64,000 bases of DNA from Candidatus Aenigmatarchaeota archaeon (GCA_038998335.1 JAVZHQ010000001.1:672609-736608), one strand, 5' to 3'. Numbered from the stretch's first letter, positions 17,445 through 28,250 are shown. Notes: a model not told the origin generated them from the letters alone. Numbers and translations are program-made.

Positions 17445-19486
17445 CTTGGCGCACCCAAAAGCAAAACTTTTAGTATATCACCAAAAACTAAGTAAGTTAC
17501 AAACAAAACAATTACATAAACAATTGTTGAAACTAAGGTAATTTTTCCTATCAAGTTAACTTCGCCTACACGGTCTTCCCCATTTTCTATTCCGTTAACG
17601 AACATCCCTATTAAAAATGATGTTTCTATAACATAAATTCCTAATACAAGCTGGAAAATATCTGGAGAAATCCCTATTCCACCCCTCCAAAGTTTTAATA
17701 AAAAGCTTGCTGAACCAGGAACTTCAACGTTAGACATACTTCCAAACTGCAGAGAAAGAATAGCCAAAATGTTAATAACTATAACTGCCATCGCAACAGT
17801 TACTCCTGCAACCAAAGGAGCCAGGAAAAAACCTAGAAACTTCATGCTAGTTGCTGCCTCGCTTAAAATTTCCTGAATTTGTTCTTCTACTTGGTGCATC
17901 CCTTTCAAGTATCTTGAAATTGTCAAAGAACTTGTTGCAACAGCATTATAACCTTTTCTTGATGCATCAACTATTATTTTCATCACAGAGTAAATCAAAT
18001 CAGAAGGGTAAGCTTTTATAGCTCCTATCTTTTCGTCAAAAACAGATTTTTCAAAAGTCAAACCAAAGAGCTTTATGTTTCTTATTATCTTTTCGTAAAA
18101 GTTTGCTATTTCCATTTTCTTAAGGTTAAGCTTAGCCTTTTCTAGAGCAAACTCTATGGAATGGCCTGACTTAATTTGATGACCCAACTGGAATAAAGCT
18201 TCTCTGAATTCTCTTTCTAAGTTTTTAACCTTTTCTCTCAACTTGAGCTTTGGTTGACTAACCAAAAGACATGCAAAACCAATAGAAATTCCTATTCCTA
18301 AAATTATCGAAGAAGAAGAGATTGTAGGAGTTAAAGTATCAGTAATAACTTTTTTGCATTCATCAGAGCTCAGCTCTAAACCTTTAGGCTTAGAAGCGTT
18401 AAAACCAACAACCTGCCATTCTCTACAAAGAGATGAAAGTGTAGTATAATGATAAAGCATGGGTGCACCAAAAATTAAGAAGGCAAGAAGTATAGGAAAA
18501 ATTATCGTCAAGACCGAAATTTCAATTTTATTTTTTCCGATTTCTATCACTAAGCTATGGGCGCTTCCCTTTATTTGAGGCTGGGAAGTTGCTGGTGGTT
18601 TTCTTTCTAAAGTCTGATTCATTAACCAATAAAGAAGTAAAGGTAGAGCAACATCATAACCCAAAATTAAAAACCAAACGTTAAAAATTCCTTGCATAAA
18701 TATCATAACTATAGGGAAAATTATCAAAGCTATGACTGGTAGAATTATTCCTAAGGAATAGATTAGCATAACTGGCATTCTTAAGCCTAAAGCATAATGT
18801 TTCATTCTTTCAACAGTCCCGTTTAGCAAAACGTCTATTGCTTCATCAATTAAAGCAAGTCTTTGCTCACCAAGCTGGGAAGTAGAACTTTGGAGTATTT
18901 TAACAGTTTCAACAAACTCCTCGTTTTCTTTTCCCCATTTTTCAAGAAAATCGTCTAAAGCGTCATCAACAGAAAAATATCTTTGAGTTTCTAAGTCCCA
19001 AATTATTTTCTTTAAGTCTAAACCTATAACACCTCTTGAGTTTTCTGCCGCAAACCTTACCGCATTCTCTAGGTTAGAAGTTTCTCTCAAGGCAACTGCC
19101 ATGTAAAGAGTTGCCAAAATCATTTCAGTAGAAGCCCTTGCTCTTATTACTTTAACTTTTAAAAAAGGGTAATTGTACAAATAGAATAAAAAGAAAAGGA
19201 AGAGAAAAATTAAGCCAGCTAGTGCTATTGCATTTATTAAACCAAGCAATAAAAGAACAATTAAAACTGGAAAAACGATTAAGAACAAAACAGTAACTAA
19301 AGAGACTGGACCAGAAGGAGAAATGTTCAAATAGCAAAACCTTATTGCAGATTCAAACCTTTGTTCAGTTTCTTTACTTGCTCTAACCTTTAAAATTTTT
19401 TCAGCAAAGTTACAAGCTTTTTCATAAAGAGAAAGTTGTGGCTTCACGCTTTTTAAAAACTCTTGATACTCTTTTGAAATCATCAT
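17441..19486 (-). CDS. Type IV pilus platform membrane protein (TadC/ArlJ-like), paralogue 2
   Basis: Multi-TM, directly downstream of the secretion ATPase. Confidence 0.85.
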   Translation of the reverse strand: MMISKEYQEFLKSVKPQLSLYEKACNFAEKILKVRASKETEQRFESAIRFCYLNISPSGPVSLVTVLFLIVFPVLIVLLLLGLINAIALAGLIFLFLFFLFYLYNYPFLKVKVIRARASTEMILATLYMAVALRETSNLENAVRFAAENSRGVIGLDLKKIIWDLETQRYFSVDDALDDFLEKWGKENEEFVETVKILQSSTSQLGEQRLALIDEAIDVLLNGTVERMKHYALGLRMPVMLIYSLGIILPVIALIIFPIVMIFMQGIFNVWFLILGYDVALPLLLYWLMNQTLERKPPATSQPQIKGSAHSLVIEIGKNKIEISVLTIIFPILLAFLIFGAPMLYHYTTLSSLCREWQVVGFNASKPKGLELSSDECKKVITDTLTPTISSSSIILGIGISIGFACLLVSQPKLKLREKVKNLEREFREALFQLGHQIKSGHSIEFALEKAKLNLKKMEIANFYEKIIRNIKLFGLTFEKSVFDEKIGAIKAYPSDLIYSVMKIIVDASRKGYNAVATSSLTISRYLKGMHQVEEQIQEILSEAATSMKFLGFFLAPLVAGVTVAMAVIVINILAILSLQFGSMSNVEVPGSASFLLKLWRGGIGISPDIFQLVLGIYVIETSFLIGMFVNGIENGEDRVGEVNLIGKITLVSTIVYVIVLFVTYLVFGDILKVLLLGAPR

Positions 19487-21723
19487 TTCAACCTAGATTT
19501 TAACCATTCCAACCATTTCTCATAAATCATCTTTGAATCCAAAGCACCAACTTCTTGCCTAACTTGCTCAGAAATTATGTGAAATGCATCGTTAGCGTCG
19601 CAAACAAAGTCTGCTTCAAGAATTTCTGGCTTGTTTAACCTTTCTGCATACTCAACTAAAGTCTGCTTAATTTTTGCTCTTAGTAAAATATTATCCCAAA
19701 CATCATCCCATCTTCCGTGCCATTCCCTTACTCTTTTAGCAATTTCGTTCAAAACATAGGATTCTCCATCTATTAAAGTATCAGTTGGTTTAAGTTTGTC
19801 TTCTTTTGCTGAGTATTGCATCAACGGAACAAAACCTCCCTCATCTAAAGGATCCTGCTTCCAATGTTTTCTCACTTCTGTTAATTCAACGACTCTTCTG
19901 AATCTATGTAAGCCATCAGGAGAGCGAAGCATGTTACAAATTGTGATTAAATCGATTGCCTTAAAGCTGGTTGGAGCTACACCCAAATCATGAACTACTC
20001 TGTCATAAACTCCGTAAGGAGACTCGCCGTGAATTGTTCCTGCAACAACATTAGCTAAAGCACCGATCCTCATTGCCTCAAAAAGAACTGTACTCTCTAC
20101 TGAGCGTACTTCTCCTACTATCAAGCAAGAATCTCCCAACCTTAAAGCAGTCCTTAAGGCTTCGTCAGCAGGTACTTCAGTTTCAACTCTTGTTATTACA
20201 GAGCGAGATTTTAGCCTTTCAATGTTATATCCTAGCTGTCTTAAATGAGATACAGGAAGCTCCAAAGTATCCTCTTGTATAATAATCCTAAACTTTCTCA
20301 TTATCTCCAAAAGTAAGGAAGAAAGTAATGAAGTTTTTCCTGAACTTCTTCCTCCTGCTATAAGAATTGCTCTTCCTCCATCAACAACAAAACTCATTAG
20401 TCCTGCGTACAAAGGATCAAACATTCTTGCCTTCAAAAACAAAGGGAATGTCCAGGGCCTTTCCCTATGCCTTCTGAAAGCAAAGGCTAAACCTTCAGGG
20501 CTTAAAGTTCTTGTTATTGCTGCAACTCTTGCCCTTCCTCCTGGAACTTCTAACTCGCAATCTAAAACTGGGTTTGCCTCGTCTAAAGGCCTACCAGAAT
20601 AAAGCCTAAAACGAGTTGCCCATGCTTCTGCATCTTCCTTAGTTGGTATTAAATTTGTTTCACATTCTTCAAAATCTGAGTGAAAAATAAAAATTGGTGT
20701 TAAGCCTATGGGTGAATTTATGTAAATGTCTTGGATTTTCTCATCGCTCAACAAAAGCTCGAGTACACCAAAACCTGCTGTGTAACGCGCTAAAAGCATT
20801 GCAAGCTCTTCAATTTCCTCTGGATTTAAATCCAAATTCATGCTTCTTCCAATTTCTCTAACCAAATCCTTTCCTATGTTGAAGAAAATTTCCCTTGCTT
20901 TTTGTGGTTCAGTAATTTCTGTTTCTGTAGGCTTATGAGCAGCTAGATAATTTTTTGTTCTGTCAAGAACCATAAACTTTTTCTCGTTTAGCTTGAATTC
21001 CGGAGGTGTTATATGGTAGAGCAGCCTAACTTTTCCTGGAACTTTGAAAATTTCAACCACAACATTTCCTGGTAAGTAGTACTTATCTAAAAGCTGACCT
21101 TCCCTTGGAGGAAGAAGCATAAAGCGAGTAAGCATAAAGTTTGGTTTTGTTAATGGATGGAAAATTTGCCTGTAAATTTTTCTATCCCCTGGTTTATAGC
21201 CTTCTAGCTTTTCTTTTGCCATTTTTATTAGCTTGCAAGAAGAAAGAATTTTTTCTATAGGCAATAAAGCATTTTCTAGGTAATGGGTATAACACTTTTT
21301 CATTTCTGGTGGAGCTTTTTCTTCGTTTATTTTTGCTGCTAAGATCATTTTTTGTAGTCTTAAATAAGCTGCAACAGGATCTTTTCTCAAAAGCTCAAGA
21401 ATTAGAAATTGCAAGGCAGAAAACCTTTTTGAGAATAAATTCTCACAACCAGGACAAACAAGTTTTTCCATGGTTAAAAACTTCTCCTCGTTTAAAATTT
21501 TGTTGTAAGCTTCTGCTATTTCTCTTAAAATTTTTACTTGCTCAAAGTCATATTCATTTTCCCTAGTTTCTGCAAGTATTATCCTTTCAACATTTTTTAC
21601 TTCTAAAAGTTTGTCTATGGTTTTTGCCATACAAGCTTGAAAATCCTCTATGCTTGAACCATAAATACAGCCCAAGCAATTTACTCTTAAAGTATTCTCC
21701 CTAAGCTCGTAATCGCAGACCAA
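19483..21723 (-). CDS. Type II/IV secretion (pilus assembly) ATPase, VirB11/ArlI/CpaF-like
   Basis: Walker A GGRSSGKTS, EDTLEL Asp box, LRLGDSCLIVGEVR Walker B, GTIHG His box. Confidence 0.92.
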   Translation of the reverse strand: MVCDYELRENTLRVNCLGCIYGSSIEDFQACMAKTIDKLLEVKNVERIILAETRENEYDFEQVKILREIAEAYNKILNEEKFLTMEKLVCPGCENLFSKRFSALQFLILELLRKDPVAAYLRLQKMILAAKINEEKAPPEMKKCYTHYLENALLPIEKILSSCKLIKMAKEKLEGYKPGDRKIYRQIFHPLTKPNFMLTRFMLLPPREGQLLDKYYLPGNVVVEIFKVPGKVRLLYHITPPEFKLNEKKFMVLDRTKNYLAAHKPTETEITEPQKAREIFFNIGKDLVREIGRSMNLDLNPEEIEELAMLLARYTAGFGVLELLLSDEKIQDIYINSPIGLTPIFIFHSDFEECETNLIPTKEDAEAWATRFRLYSGRPLDEANPVLDCELEVPGGRARVAAITRTLSPEGLAFAFRRHRERPWTFPLFLKARMFDPLYAGLMSFVVDGGRAILIAGGRSSGKTSLLSSLLLEIMRKFRIIIQEDTLELPVSHLRQLGYNIERLKSRSVITRVETEVPADEALRTALRLGDSCLIVGEVRSVESTVLFEAMRIGALANVVAGTIHGESPYGVYDRVVHDLGVAPTSFKAIDLITICNMLRSPDGLHRFRRVVELTEVRKHWKQDPLDEGGFVPLMQYSAKEDKLKPTDTLIDGESYVLNEIAKRVREWHGRWDDVWDNILLRAKIKQTLVEYAERLNKPEILEADFVCDANDAFHIISEQVRQEVGALDSKMIYEKWLEWLKSRLK

Positions 21724-21775
21724 GATTATCTCCTTTATTTAAATTTATCTTTTTCCTTTCACAAATTCTTTATTA

Positions 21776-22171
21776 ATGGCAGAAGAAAAGCCAATACCTA
21801 TTAGGCCAATTATAAACGAGATTGTTAGAAGGTTGAACGAAAGCGAAAGAAGAATAAGGGATATGGAAATAAGAATGGAAAGAATTGAAACAACTCTTTC
21901 TACAATAGAAGAAAAGCTACTCAACCAACTAAACGATTTAAAAATAGATGTAACAAAAGTTGGAAAGAAGCTTGAAAGTTTTGTTGAAAAAATTAATTTT
22001 TACGAAAGCGAGATTTTAAGGCTAAACAAGGAATTGGCAAAAGCTGCAACTAAGGCTGATTTGAAAAAAGTTGAAACTTATGTTGAGATTTTAAACCCAG
22101 TAACTTCTAAGTTTGTCACGAGAGAAGAAATGGAAAGAGCTTTAGAAGAAATTAAGAAGAAGAGGTTTTAA
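21776..22171 (+). CDS. Coiled-coil hypothetical protein
   Basis: Heptad-rich, divergent from the ATPase. Confidence 0.7.
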   Translation: MAEEKPIPIRPIINEIVRRLNESERRIRDMEIRMERIETTLSTIEEKLLNQLNDLKIDVTKVGKKLESFVEKINFYESEILRLNKELAKAATKADLKKVETYVEILNPVTSKFVTREEMERALEEIKKKRF

Positions 22172-22212
22172 GCTTATTATTTTAAAAAAACAAAAAATAA
22201 TTTAGTGGTTTA

Positions 22213-22884
22213 ATGCCTGTCCCTTTAACAAAAAAAGAAGAGGTTTTACCAAAACCTTCTGTTTTAAGTAGAATAGAGGAACTTTCTTCTCGTGGTTTGT
22301 CAGAAATTGAAATTATCGATACTTTGAGAAAAGAAGGTTACTCTCCTGACGAGATAGATAAAGGCTTGACAGAAGCTTTGAAGTTTAGTGCTACTCAACC
22401 AAAAGCTCCACCTCTACCAAAACCAAAAGAAGAACCGAAAAAGCTTCCTTCGCCGCCTGAACCACCAAAACTTCCTGCAAGCTTACCTGCTCCTCTTGAG
22501 CTTCCTTCAGAACCTGTACCGCAAATTCCTGAAATTTCTGTTCAGCAAGATTATTTTTATCCTGAATATACTACTGAAGAATATATCGACTACATGATAA
22601 AAGAAAAGACAGAAGAGCTTAACAGAAAAATAAGTGAGTTTATGCTTAAACAGAAAGAATTAGAAGCAAAGATTTTAAGCTTACATGAAAAGTTGAGCGA
22701 AGTTTCTCAAACAAAAGTTACCGAGCAGCAACTAATAGGGACAAAAATAGATTCTTTAAAAGAAATTGTAGAAGAAATGAATATAAGAGTTGAGAGTTTG
22801 GAAAAAGCTTTTAAGGAAACACTACCTGCACTAATCGAAAGCATAAGGGCTTTAAGCGAACTAACACAAAAACTTAAAGTTTAA
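22213..22884 (+). CDS. Hypothetical protein: small helical N-domain, Pro-rich linker, coiled coil
   Basis: GLSEIEIIDTLRKEGYSPDEID, PPLPKP..., C-terminal heptads. Confidence 0.7.
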   Translation: MPVPLTKKEEVLPKPSVLSRIEELSSRGLSEIEIIDTLRKEGYSPDEIDKGLTEALKFSATQPKAPPLPKPKEEPKKLPSPPEPPKLPASLPAPLELPSEPVPQIPEISVQQDYFYPEYTTEEYIDYMIKEKTEELNRKISEFMLKQKELEAKILSLHEKLSEVSQTKVTEQQLIGTKIDSLKEIVEEMNIRVESLEKAFKETLPALIESIRALSELTQKLKV

Positions 22885-22885
22885 A

Positions 22886-23107
22886 CTATTCGAACATCTC
22901 GTAAATTTTTAATCTAGCAAGATCTTCGATTGCTTTTTCTCTTCCTTCTCTGAGAATTTTTATTTTCCTTTCTAAAGCATCCACAACATTATCTTGAGCT
23001 TGAGGAATGTAACTTGCTGTCTGTGCTTCATAACTTGCTAACAATCCTAACAATTTTGATACATGCTCTTTTGATTTGTTAAGATACTTATCTCTCATAT
23101 TCACCAC
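22886..23107 (-). CDS. Hypothetical protein
   Basis: 73-aa ORF filling the gap. Confidence 0.5.
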   Translation of the reverse strand: MVNMRDKYLNKSKEHVSKLLGLLASYEAQTASYIPQAQDNVVDALERKIKILREGREKAIEDLARLKIYEMFE

Positions 23108-23140
23108 TTAAAAGTAATAAGAATAGAAAAGTATTTAAAT

Positions 23141-23809
23141 CTATAACTCATGGCTTGTTTTTAAACTTCTCATTTGCTCCCTTACTGTATCTAGTCTATC
23201 TTTAAGGGTTTGAATTTTTTTATTAATCTTATTCATTTTATCAGCAGCTCGAGGGTCGCCAGGTTTTATGTTTGAAAGTTCCTCATAAAGCCTTGCTATT
23301 TCCATGGTTAATATCTTTTCTTCTTTGCTTAGCCTGCCCATGCTTTTTCTATAATACTTGTAAAGATCTGCTCTACTTCCCCATTTTCTTAAGTAGGCCA
23401 AAGAATACAACGCCCATCCTCCTATAAATAAAATAAGAAATATCGTGTAAGCTGCAACAGTACCAAGAGCCATTGTGATATAAACATAAGTTATGAAAGC
23501 CTTGCTTGGCAAAGTACTGAAAGCAAAGGCAAAAGCTACTACTATTTCTATAGCAGGAGTTCTCCAGAAAATTCTTAATTGCCTTAAAATTCCTAGAATA
23601 ATAGCATAAAGAGCGAGAAAAGGAACCATGAAGTTAAAAATAAAGTTCCTAATGTTTTGAGTAGGCATCCATTCCTCTGGCAAACCAAAAACTTTTGTCC
23701 AAAAATATTCAACACTCCAAAAGTCGCCATATTCTTGTGCTTTTACTGAAACTGCTAAAGATGAGAAAAAAATTAAAAAAAGAAATAATAAGCATAGTTT
23801 TTTACTCAT
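23141..23809 (-). CDS. Membrane protein, paralogue family member 1 (C-terminal coiled coil)
   Basis: FIFNFMVPFLALYAIILGILRQLRIF motif; likely start MSKK at 23809. Confidence 0.7.
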   Translation of the reverse strand: MSKKLCLLFLFLIFFSSLAVSVKAQEYGDFWSVEYFWTKVFGLPEEWMPTQNIRNFIFNFMVPFLALYAIILGILRQLRIFWRTPAIEIVVAFAFAFSTLPSKAFITYVYITMALGTVAAYTIFLILFIGGWALYSLAYLRKWGSRADLYKYYRKSMGRLSKEEKILTMEIARLYEELSNIKPGDPRAADKMNKINKKIQTLKDRLDTVREQMRSLKTSHEL

Positions 23810-23895
23810 CCTTATCAATATTATTTTCTTTTTCAAAAATTTAAATCATGTTCAAATTTCATTAGCATCTGAAAAACTTAAGAAAAATTAACGAA

Positions 23896-24633
23896 ATGTT
23901 TAAATTTCTTTATTTTATAACCATCATTATGCCGAAATCTTTAGTTCAGGAAATGTTCCAAGAAGCAAAAAAGTTTGTTAGGTTACATAACAAAAAGGGA
24001 GCAAGTGATGTAGAAATCAACGAAATTCTCAGAAAAAAACCTTTTGTCCAAGGAGAGTTTATTATAGATACTGTGGTAGAAGTTAATTCTAAGTATCTTG
24101 AGAAAATCGGGGTTTCAGAAAGAAGTTATGATTACAAAAGTTTGCAACAAGCAACTAAGGAATGGAAAAAGGTTATTAGAGAAAGAGAAGGCTTAGTTCC
24201 TTCTGCCAATACTTATCCTTGGTATTTTGGTTCGACAAAACTTAATCGTAAAATTTCCTTAACAGATAAAAAAATAGAAAATTTTGGAAAAAAATACAAA
24301 CTTGAATGTGTTTATTGCACAGAAAAGGATAAATGGGGCGAGAAACAAATAAGCCACGTTTGCTTAGTCAGTCCTTTAATCGATTTGGATGAAGCAACCC
24401 TTTATACTACTGGATACTATGTAGGAACAACTTTAGATTTGAACGAAACTAGAGATGGAAAATTGTACGAAAGTATAGGGAAGGAAATTTATGGTTTGAA
24501 AGAGAAGACTTGGGTTCTGGGAAGAAAAATAAACTCTCTTAGAAGAAGGTGGAGAGGATACTGGGAAGAAATAGACAGAAGGATGGACGAAGCTTTAGAT
24601 GCATCTTCTATAGATTCCTTTGAAGAAGAGTAA
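23896..24633 (+). CDS. Hypothetical protein
   Basis: 245-aa soluble ORF, no recognised motif. Confidence 0.6.
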   Translation: MFKFLYFITIIMPKSLVQEMFQEAKKFVRLHNKKGASDVEINEILRKKPFVQGEFIIDTVVEVNSKYLEKIGVSERSYDYKSLQQATKEWKKVIREREGLVPSANTYPWYFGSTKLNRKISLTDKKIENFGKKYKLECVYCTEKDKWGEKQISHVCLVSPLIDLDEATLYTTGYYVGTTLDLNETRDGKLYESIGKEIYGLKEKTWVLGRKINSLRRRWRGYWEEIDRRMDEALDASSIDSFEEE

Positions 24634-24646
24634 CGTAAAAAGTTAA

Positions 24647-25276
24647 TTACACAGCACCTGTGGCCATTTCTCTCTGTTTTCTTTCTATAAATTGAAGTTC
24701 GGCTTGTATTGCATCTATTTGTGATTTTAAGTCTGCTGCTTTCTTCCATTGTCTAGCTTGTACTGCTTTTTGATGCTCTATTAAGAGTTGTTGTAATTTT
24801 TGTGTGAGCTCTGCAACAGATTTAGTTGTAGTAAGAACAAGAAACTTTTCAGGTTTTTTGAGAAACCTTTTTGTCATAACAGCAGAACCAACAATAAATA
24901 TAACTGTCCATACAATAATGGAATACATACCTAAAATCCCAAACATACCCCAAATAAACCATCTAAGCGGGGTTGCCATCAGCACTCCAACCCAAGATAA
25001 AGCTATTAATAAGTTAAGGTTTTTATCAGTAACAAACCAGCCTGTGGCCATATTAATTATTGCTAACACCATAGCAGTTGAACCTATAAGAGGAAGCATA
25101 AACATCCATATAAAATTAGGAAAGAATAGATCCTCTGCCGGAAGACCCGTGATATCAGAAAGGTACTGAACTAAACTCTTTCCTTCCCAATAGATTGGCA
25201 CAAAATTTACTGCAGCACCAATAACAAAAAGGATAATTGCCAAATAAACTAAAGTTCTAGTTTGTCCTTTTCCCAT
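24647..25276 (-). CDS. Membrane protein, paralogue family member 2 (UVR-like C-terminal hairpin)
   Basis: FIWMFMLPLIG...KNLNLLIAL; tail KAVQARQWKKAADLKSQI. Confidence 0.65.
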   Translation of the reverse strand: MGKGQTRTLVYLAIILFVIGAAVNFVPIYWEGKSLVQYLSDITGLPAEDLFFPNFIWMFMLPLIGSTAMVLAIINMATGWFVTDKNLNLLIALSWVGVLMATPLRWFIWGMFGILGMYSIIVWTVIFIVGSAVMTKRFLKKPEKFLVLTTTKSVAELTQKLQQLLIEHQKAVQARQWKKAADLKSQIDAIQAELQFIERKQREMATGAV

Positions 25277-25367
25277 AAATTTTATTTGAACTTTTAAATT
25301 TATATTCTTGACAATCCACTTTTAGAGAAGCGAAGATTTAAAAAATTTTTTAAACATTAATTAATCG

Positions 25368-26042
25368 ATGAGCATATACGAAAAAGAAAGTGCAATAGAT
25401 AGATTTGAAACTCATATAAGACTATTAAGCGAGGATTTGGACTTTCTTCCAGAAACTATAAGCAGCTTTAGCGAGCTTGCTGAATACTTTCCGGATTTGA
25501 AAAATAGAGAAGAATATAAAAGAGTTGAAGAAATTTTAAACTCACTAGCAAACCCATTAAAAAGAATTGGTTACAAACTTTACATAAAAAATTTAAACAA
25601 GTATGCAGGAAGACTTGTTGCATCTGCTAAGGAAAAGATAGAAGAATTAAGAAAATATGAGAAGCCTGTGGAAATCAAGAAAGAAGTAATAGCGGTTAAA
25701 ATTCCCCCTTCCCCTTGGTATAAGGTAATAGAAGATGTAAACAAACTTTCAGATAGTATGTGGATAGATAGAACAATAATCAGAAACGTAATCCCAATGT
25801 TTGAAGACCTTATTGCTGACCTGCAAGATTTGGGAGCTCCAAAAGAGTTTTACGAAGATTTAAACCAACACTTGGAATATTTATTGTCAGTGGAAGATGC
25901 AGAATTAACAATTCCTCAATTTAAAAAACTTACCCCTAGCTATATTTCCAAAGACAGACAATTGAGAAAATTGCTTACGCAAATAAAACATTACGCAGAA
26001 AGGAAAATTGAGAAAGAGAAAAGAAAAGAAATGCTATTATAA
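25368..26042 (+). CDS. Hypothetical helical protein
   Basis: 224-aa ORF. Confidence 0.6.
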   Translation: MSIYEKESAIDRFETHIRLLSEDLDFLPETISSFSELAEYFPDLKNREEYKRVEEILNSLANPLKRIGYKLYIKNLNKYAGRLVASAKEKIEELRKYEKPVEIKKEVIAVKIPPSPWYKVIEDVNKLSDSMWIDRTIIRNVIPMFEDLIADLQDLGAPKEFYEDLNQHLEYLLSVEDAELTIPQFKKLTPSYISKDRQLRKLLTQIKHYAERKIEKEKRKEMLL

Positions 26043-26073
26043 TTTATTTCTGCTTAACTAACAAAAATTAATT

Positions 26074-26562
26074 ATGAGTATCTTTGATTTTTTGGCTCAA
26101 GAATCTTTACAATCAATTTTTTACAATTTTTTCCTTCCTTTTATAGTTATGTTTGCAATTCTTTTTGGATCTTTGGAAGGAATAAGAATTTTCAACAGAA
26201 AAATTAACTTGATTCTTTCCTTAGCAATAACTTTTGCTGCAGCTTATGGTGGAGCTTTTTCATTTTTCTCTCAATATCTTTTGATTCTCGGCCCTTACAC
26301 TGCTTTTGGAGCTTTCATACTAGTTTTCTTTGTTGGTGTTTTAATCTGGGCATTTGGAAGAGGAAAAGAAATCTATTATGAGAGTGCAGCTCCACACAAA
26401 AAACTAGAAAAAATAAACAAGGAAATAGAAAAGCTTTATGAAAAGTATAGAAGAGAAAACAATCCAGAGAAAAAAAGAGCCATAGACAGGCAAATAATTG
26501 AACTTGAAAGAATGAGAGAACATTTGAGAAGGGAAGTAGAATCAAGAAGTTTATATTCTTAA
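26074..26562 (+). CDS. Membrane protein, paralogue family member 3
   Basis: FYNFFLPFIVMFAILFGSLEGIRIFNRKINLILSL plus coiled coil. Confidence 0.75.
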   Translation: MSIFDFLAQESLQSIFYNFFLPFIVMFAILFGSLEGIRIFNRKINLILSLAITFAAAYGGAFSFFSQYLLILGPYTAFGAFILVFFVGVLIWAFGRGKEIYYESAAPHKKLEKINKEIEKLYEKYRRENNPEKKRAIDRQIIELERMREHLRREVESRSLYS

Positions 26563-26580
26563 CAAAACAAATTTTAAATA

Positions 26581-27126
26581 ATGGCAGATTTGTTTACGCC
26601 AATAATTGAACAGTTAGACAAATTGGGTTTTTTCAATTTTTTCTTTCCTTGGCTTGTGACTCTTGCTATAATGTACGCTATCTTACAGAAATCAAAAATC
26701 TTAGGAGAATCTGTTTTAATAAATGGTATTGTAGCTTTAAGCATAGCTTTTCTTGTTTTTGCTTTTCCTGTTCTTTCTGGCGTAAGCCTTTCACTTCCTT
26801 TAAGCATGCTTTTTACCCAAACATTTTCTATTTTATTGTTTTTCTTTGTTGGTTTCTTGCTAGCAAGTTTGTTTTACCCAAACTTAACCCAATTCCTTAT
26901 CCAACAATTCACAAGAAGAACAACTTTGTATGCTATGATTGCTTTGGGTATAGCTTTGTTTATTACTAGCGGTTTAATCGGAACTTTTTGGTCGCAAACA
27001 ACTAAGCCTCCTGAACCTGGTAAAGCTGTTTTGCCACCAGATGTTGTTTATTTAACAGTAGGTATAATATTATTTGTAGTGGTTTTAATCATAGCAGGCT
27101 CTGTAGCAAGGATGGGAGGAAGTTAA
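26581..27126 (+). CDS. Membrane protein, paralogue family member 4
   Basis: GFFNFFFPWLVTLAIMYAILQKSKILG...INGIVAL. Confidence 0.75.
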   Translation: MADLFTPIIEQLDKLGFFNFFFPWLVTLAIMYAILQKSKILGESVLINGIVALSIAFLVFAFPVLSGVSLSLPLSMLFTQTFSILLFFFVGFLLASLFYPNLTQFLIQQFTRRTTLYAMIALGIALFITSGLIGTFWSQTTKPPEPGKAVLPPDVVYLTVGIILFVVVLIIAGSVARMGGS

Positions 27127-27678
27127 ATGGCAGACCCTTTCACAACAGTAATTTTAAAGTTGAAAGGAACAGGTTTTTTTGAGTTTATGCTACCTTTCAT
27201 GCTTACCTCTGCAATTTTCTATGGTTTGCTAAGAAAATCACAAATATTTGGAGACCCAGACAAAAACATTGCTGTTAACGCTGTAGTTGCCTTAACAGCA
27301 GGTTTTATGGTTTGGGCTTATCCTATTCTTGCAGGAGTAAGCTTTATGGACAAGCTTCCTGTTTTTTTTGCTCAAGCAATGAGTGCAATGCTTGTTGTTC
27401 TAGTTGGTTTACTAACAACAAGCATGTTTTTGCCTCCTGATTTACCAAGCAAGTTAGAAGCAAAATTGGGAGGTAGAGCTTTTGGTATAATTTTGATAGC
27501 AGGAATTTTGATAGGCGGAGGAATTTTGGTAGCTAGCGGTTTAATAAACGTTTTCTTCCCTGCAGGAGGTTTAGAGATTACAGGACTTTCTGAAGATACT
27601 ATTTTAACAATAGCTATAGTAATTCTCTTTTTCATAACTATTCTTGTGATGGTTTGGGGTGGAGGAGGTAAGAAATAA
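27127..27678 (+). CDS. Membrane protein, paralogue family member 5
   Basis: GFFEFMLPFMLTSAIFYGLLRKSQIFG...VNAVVAL. Confidence 0.75.
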   Translation: MADPFTTVILKLKGTGFFEFMLPFMLTSAIFYGLLRKSQIFGDPDKNIAVNAVVALTAGFMVWAYPILAGVSFMDKLPVFFAQAMSAMLVVLVGLLTTSMFLPPDLPSKLEAKLGGRAFGIILIAGILIGGGILVASGLINVFFPAGGLEITGLSEDTILTIAIVILFFITILVMVWGGGGKK

Positions 27679-28250
27679 TGGACTATTATGGAATTACAGA
27701 ATTTTTGAAGAACATAGGAGTTTTTGAGTTTTACTTGCCTTTTGTCATACTTTTTGGTTTGCTTTTTGGTTTGCTAGAAAAATCAAAAATAATTCCTGAA
27801 AGAAGGATAAACATAATAATAGCATTAGCCTCTGCCTTTTTCATAATGGCGTATACTCCTGCTGGCATAACTCTAACTCAATTCTTCTCAAACTTTTTCG
27901 CTAACGTTGCAGTTGTAATGGTTACTCTTCTTTCCTTTGTGCTAATGATTTATCTAATAATACCCATAACAGGAAGAAAAGAACCAGAATTTCCTAAAGC
28001 TGCTAAGTACATAGCTTTCTTAATAGCCTTAATAGTAGTTGGAATTTTCTTAACATCAGGTGGCTTATCCATATTTTTACCGCAGCTTGCCGAAACAACA
28101 GTTCCTATTCCTGGCTTAGAAATAGATCCTCAAGACTTAGTCATAATCATCTTGATTGCCATAACAATCTTGGTAATTTACTTTGTAAGTAAGGGTGAAA
28201 AAGAAGAGAAAAAAGAGGGTAAAGTCTTTAAGTTTGTTCAAGAGGATTAG
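27678..28250 (+). CDS. Membrane protein, paralogue family member 6
   Basis: GVFEFYLPFVILFGLLFGLLEKSKII...INIIIAL. Confidence 0.75.
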   Translation: MDYYGITEFLKNIGVFEFYLPFVILFGLLFGLLEKSKIIPERRINIIIALASAFFIMAYTPAGITLTQFFSNFFANVAVVMVTLLSFVLMIYLIIPITGRKEPEFPKAAKYIAFLIALIVVGIFLTSGGLSIFLPQLAETTVPIPGLEIDPQDLVIIILIAITILVIYFVSKGEKEEKKEGKVFKFVQED

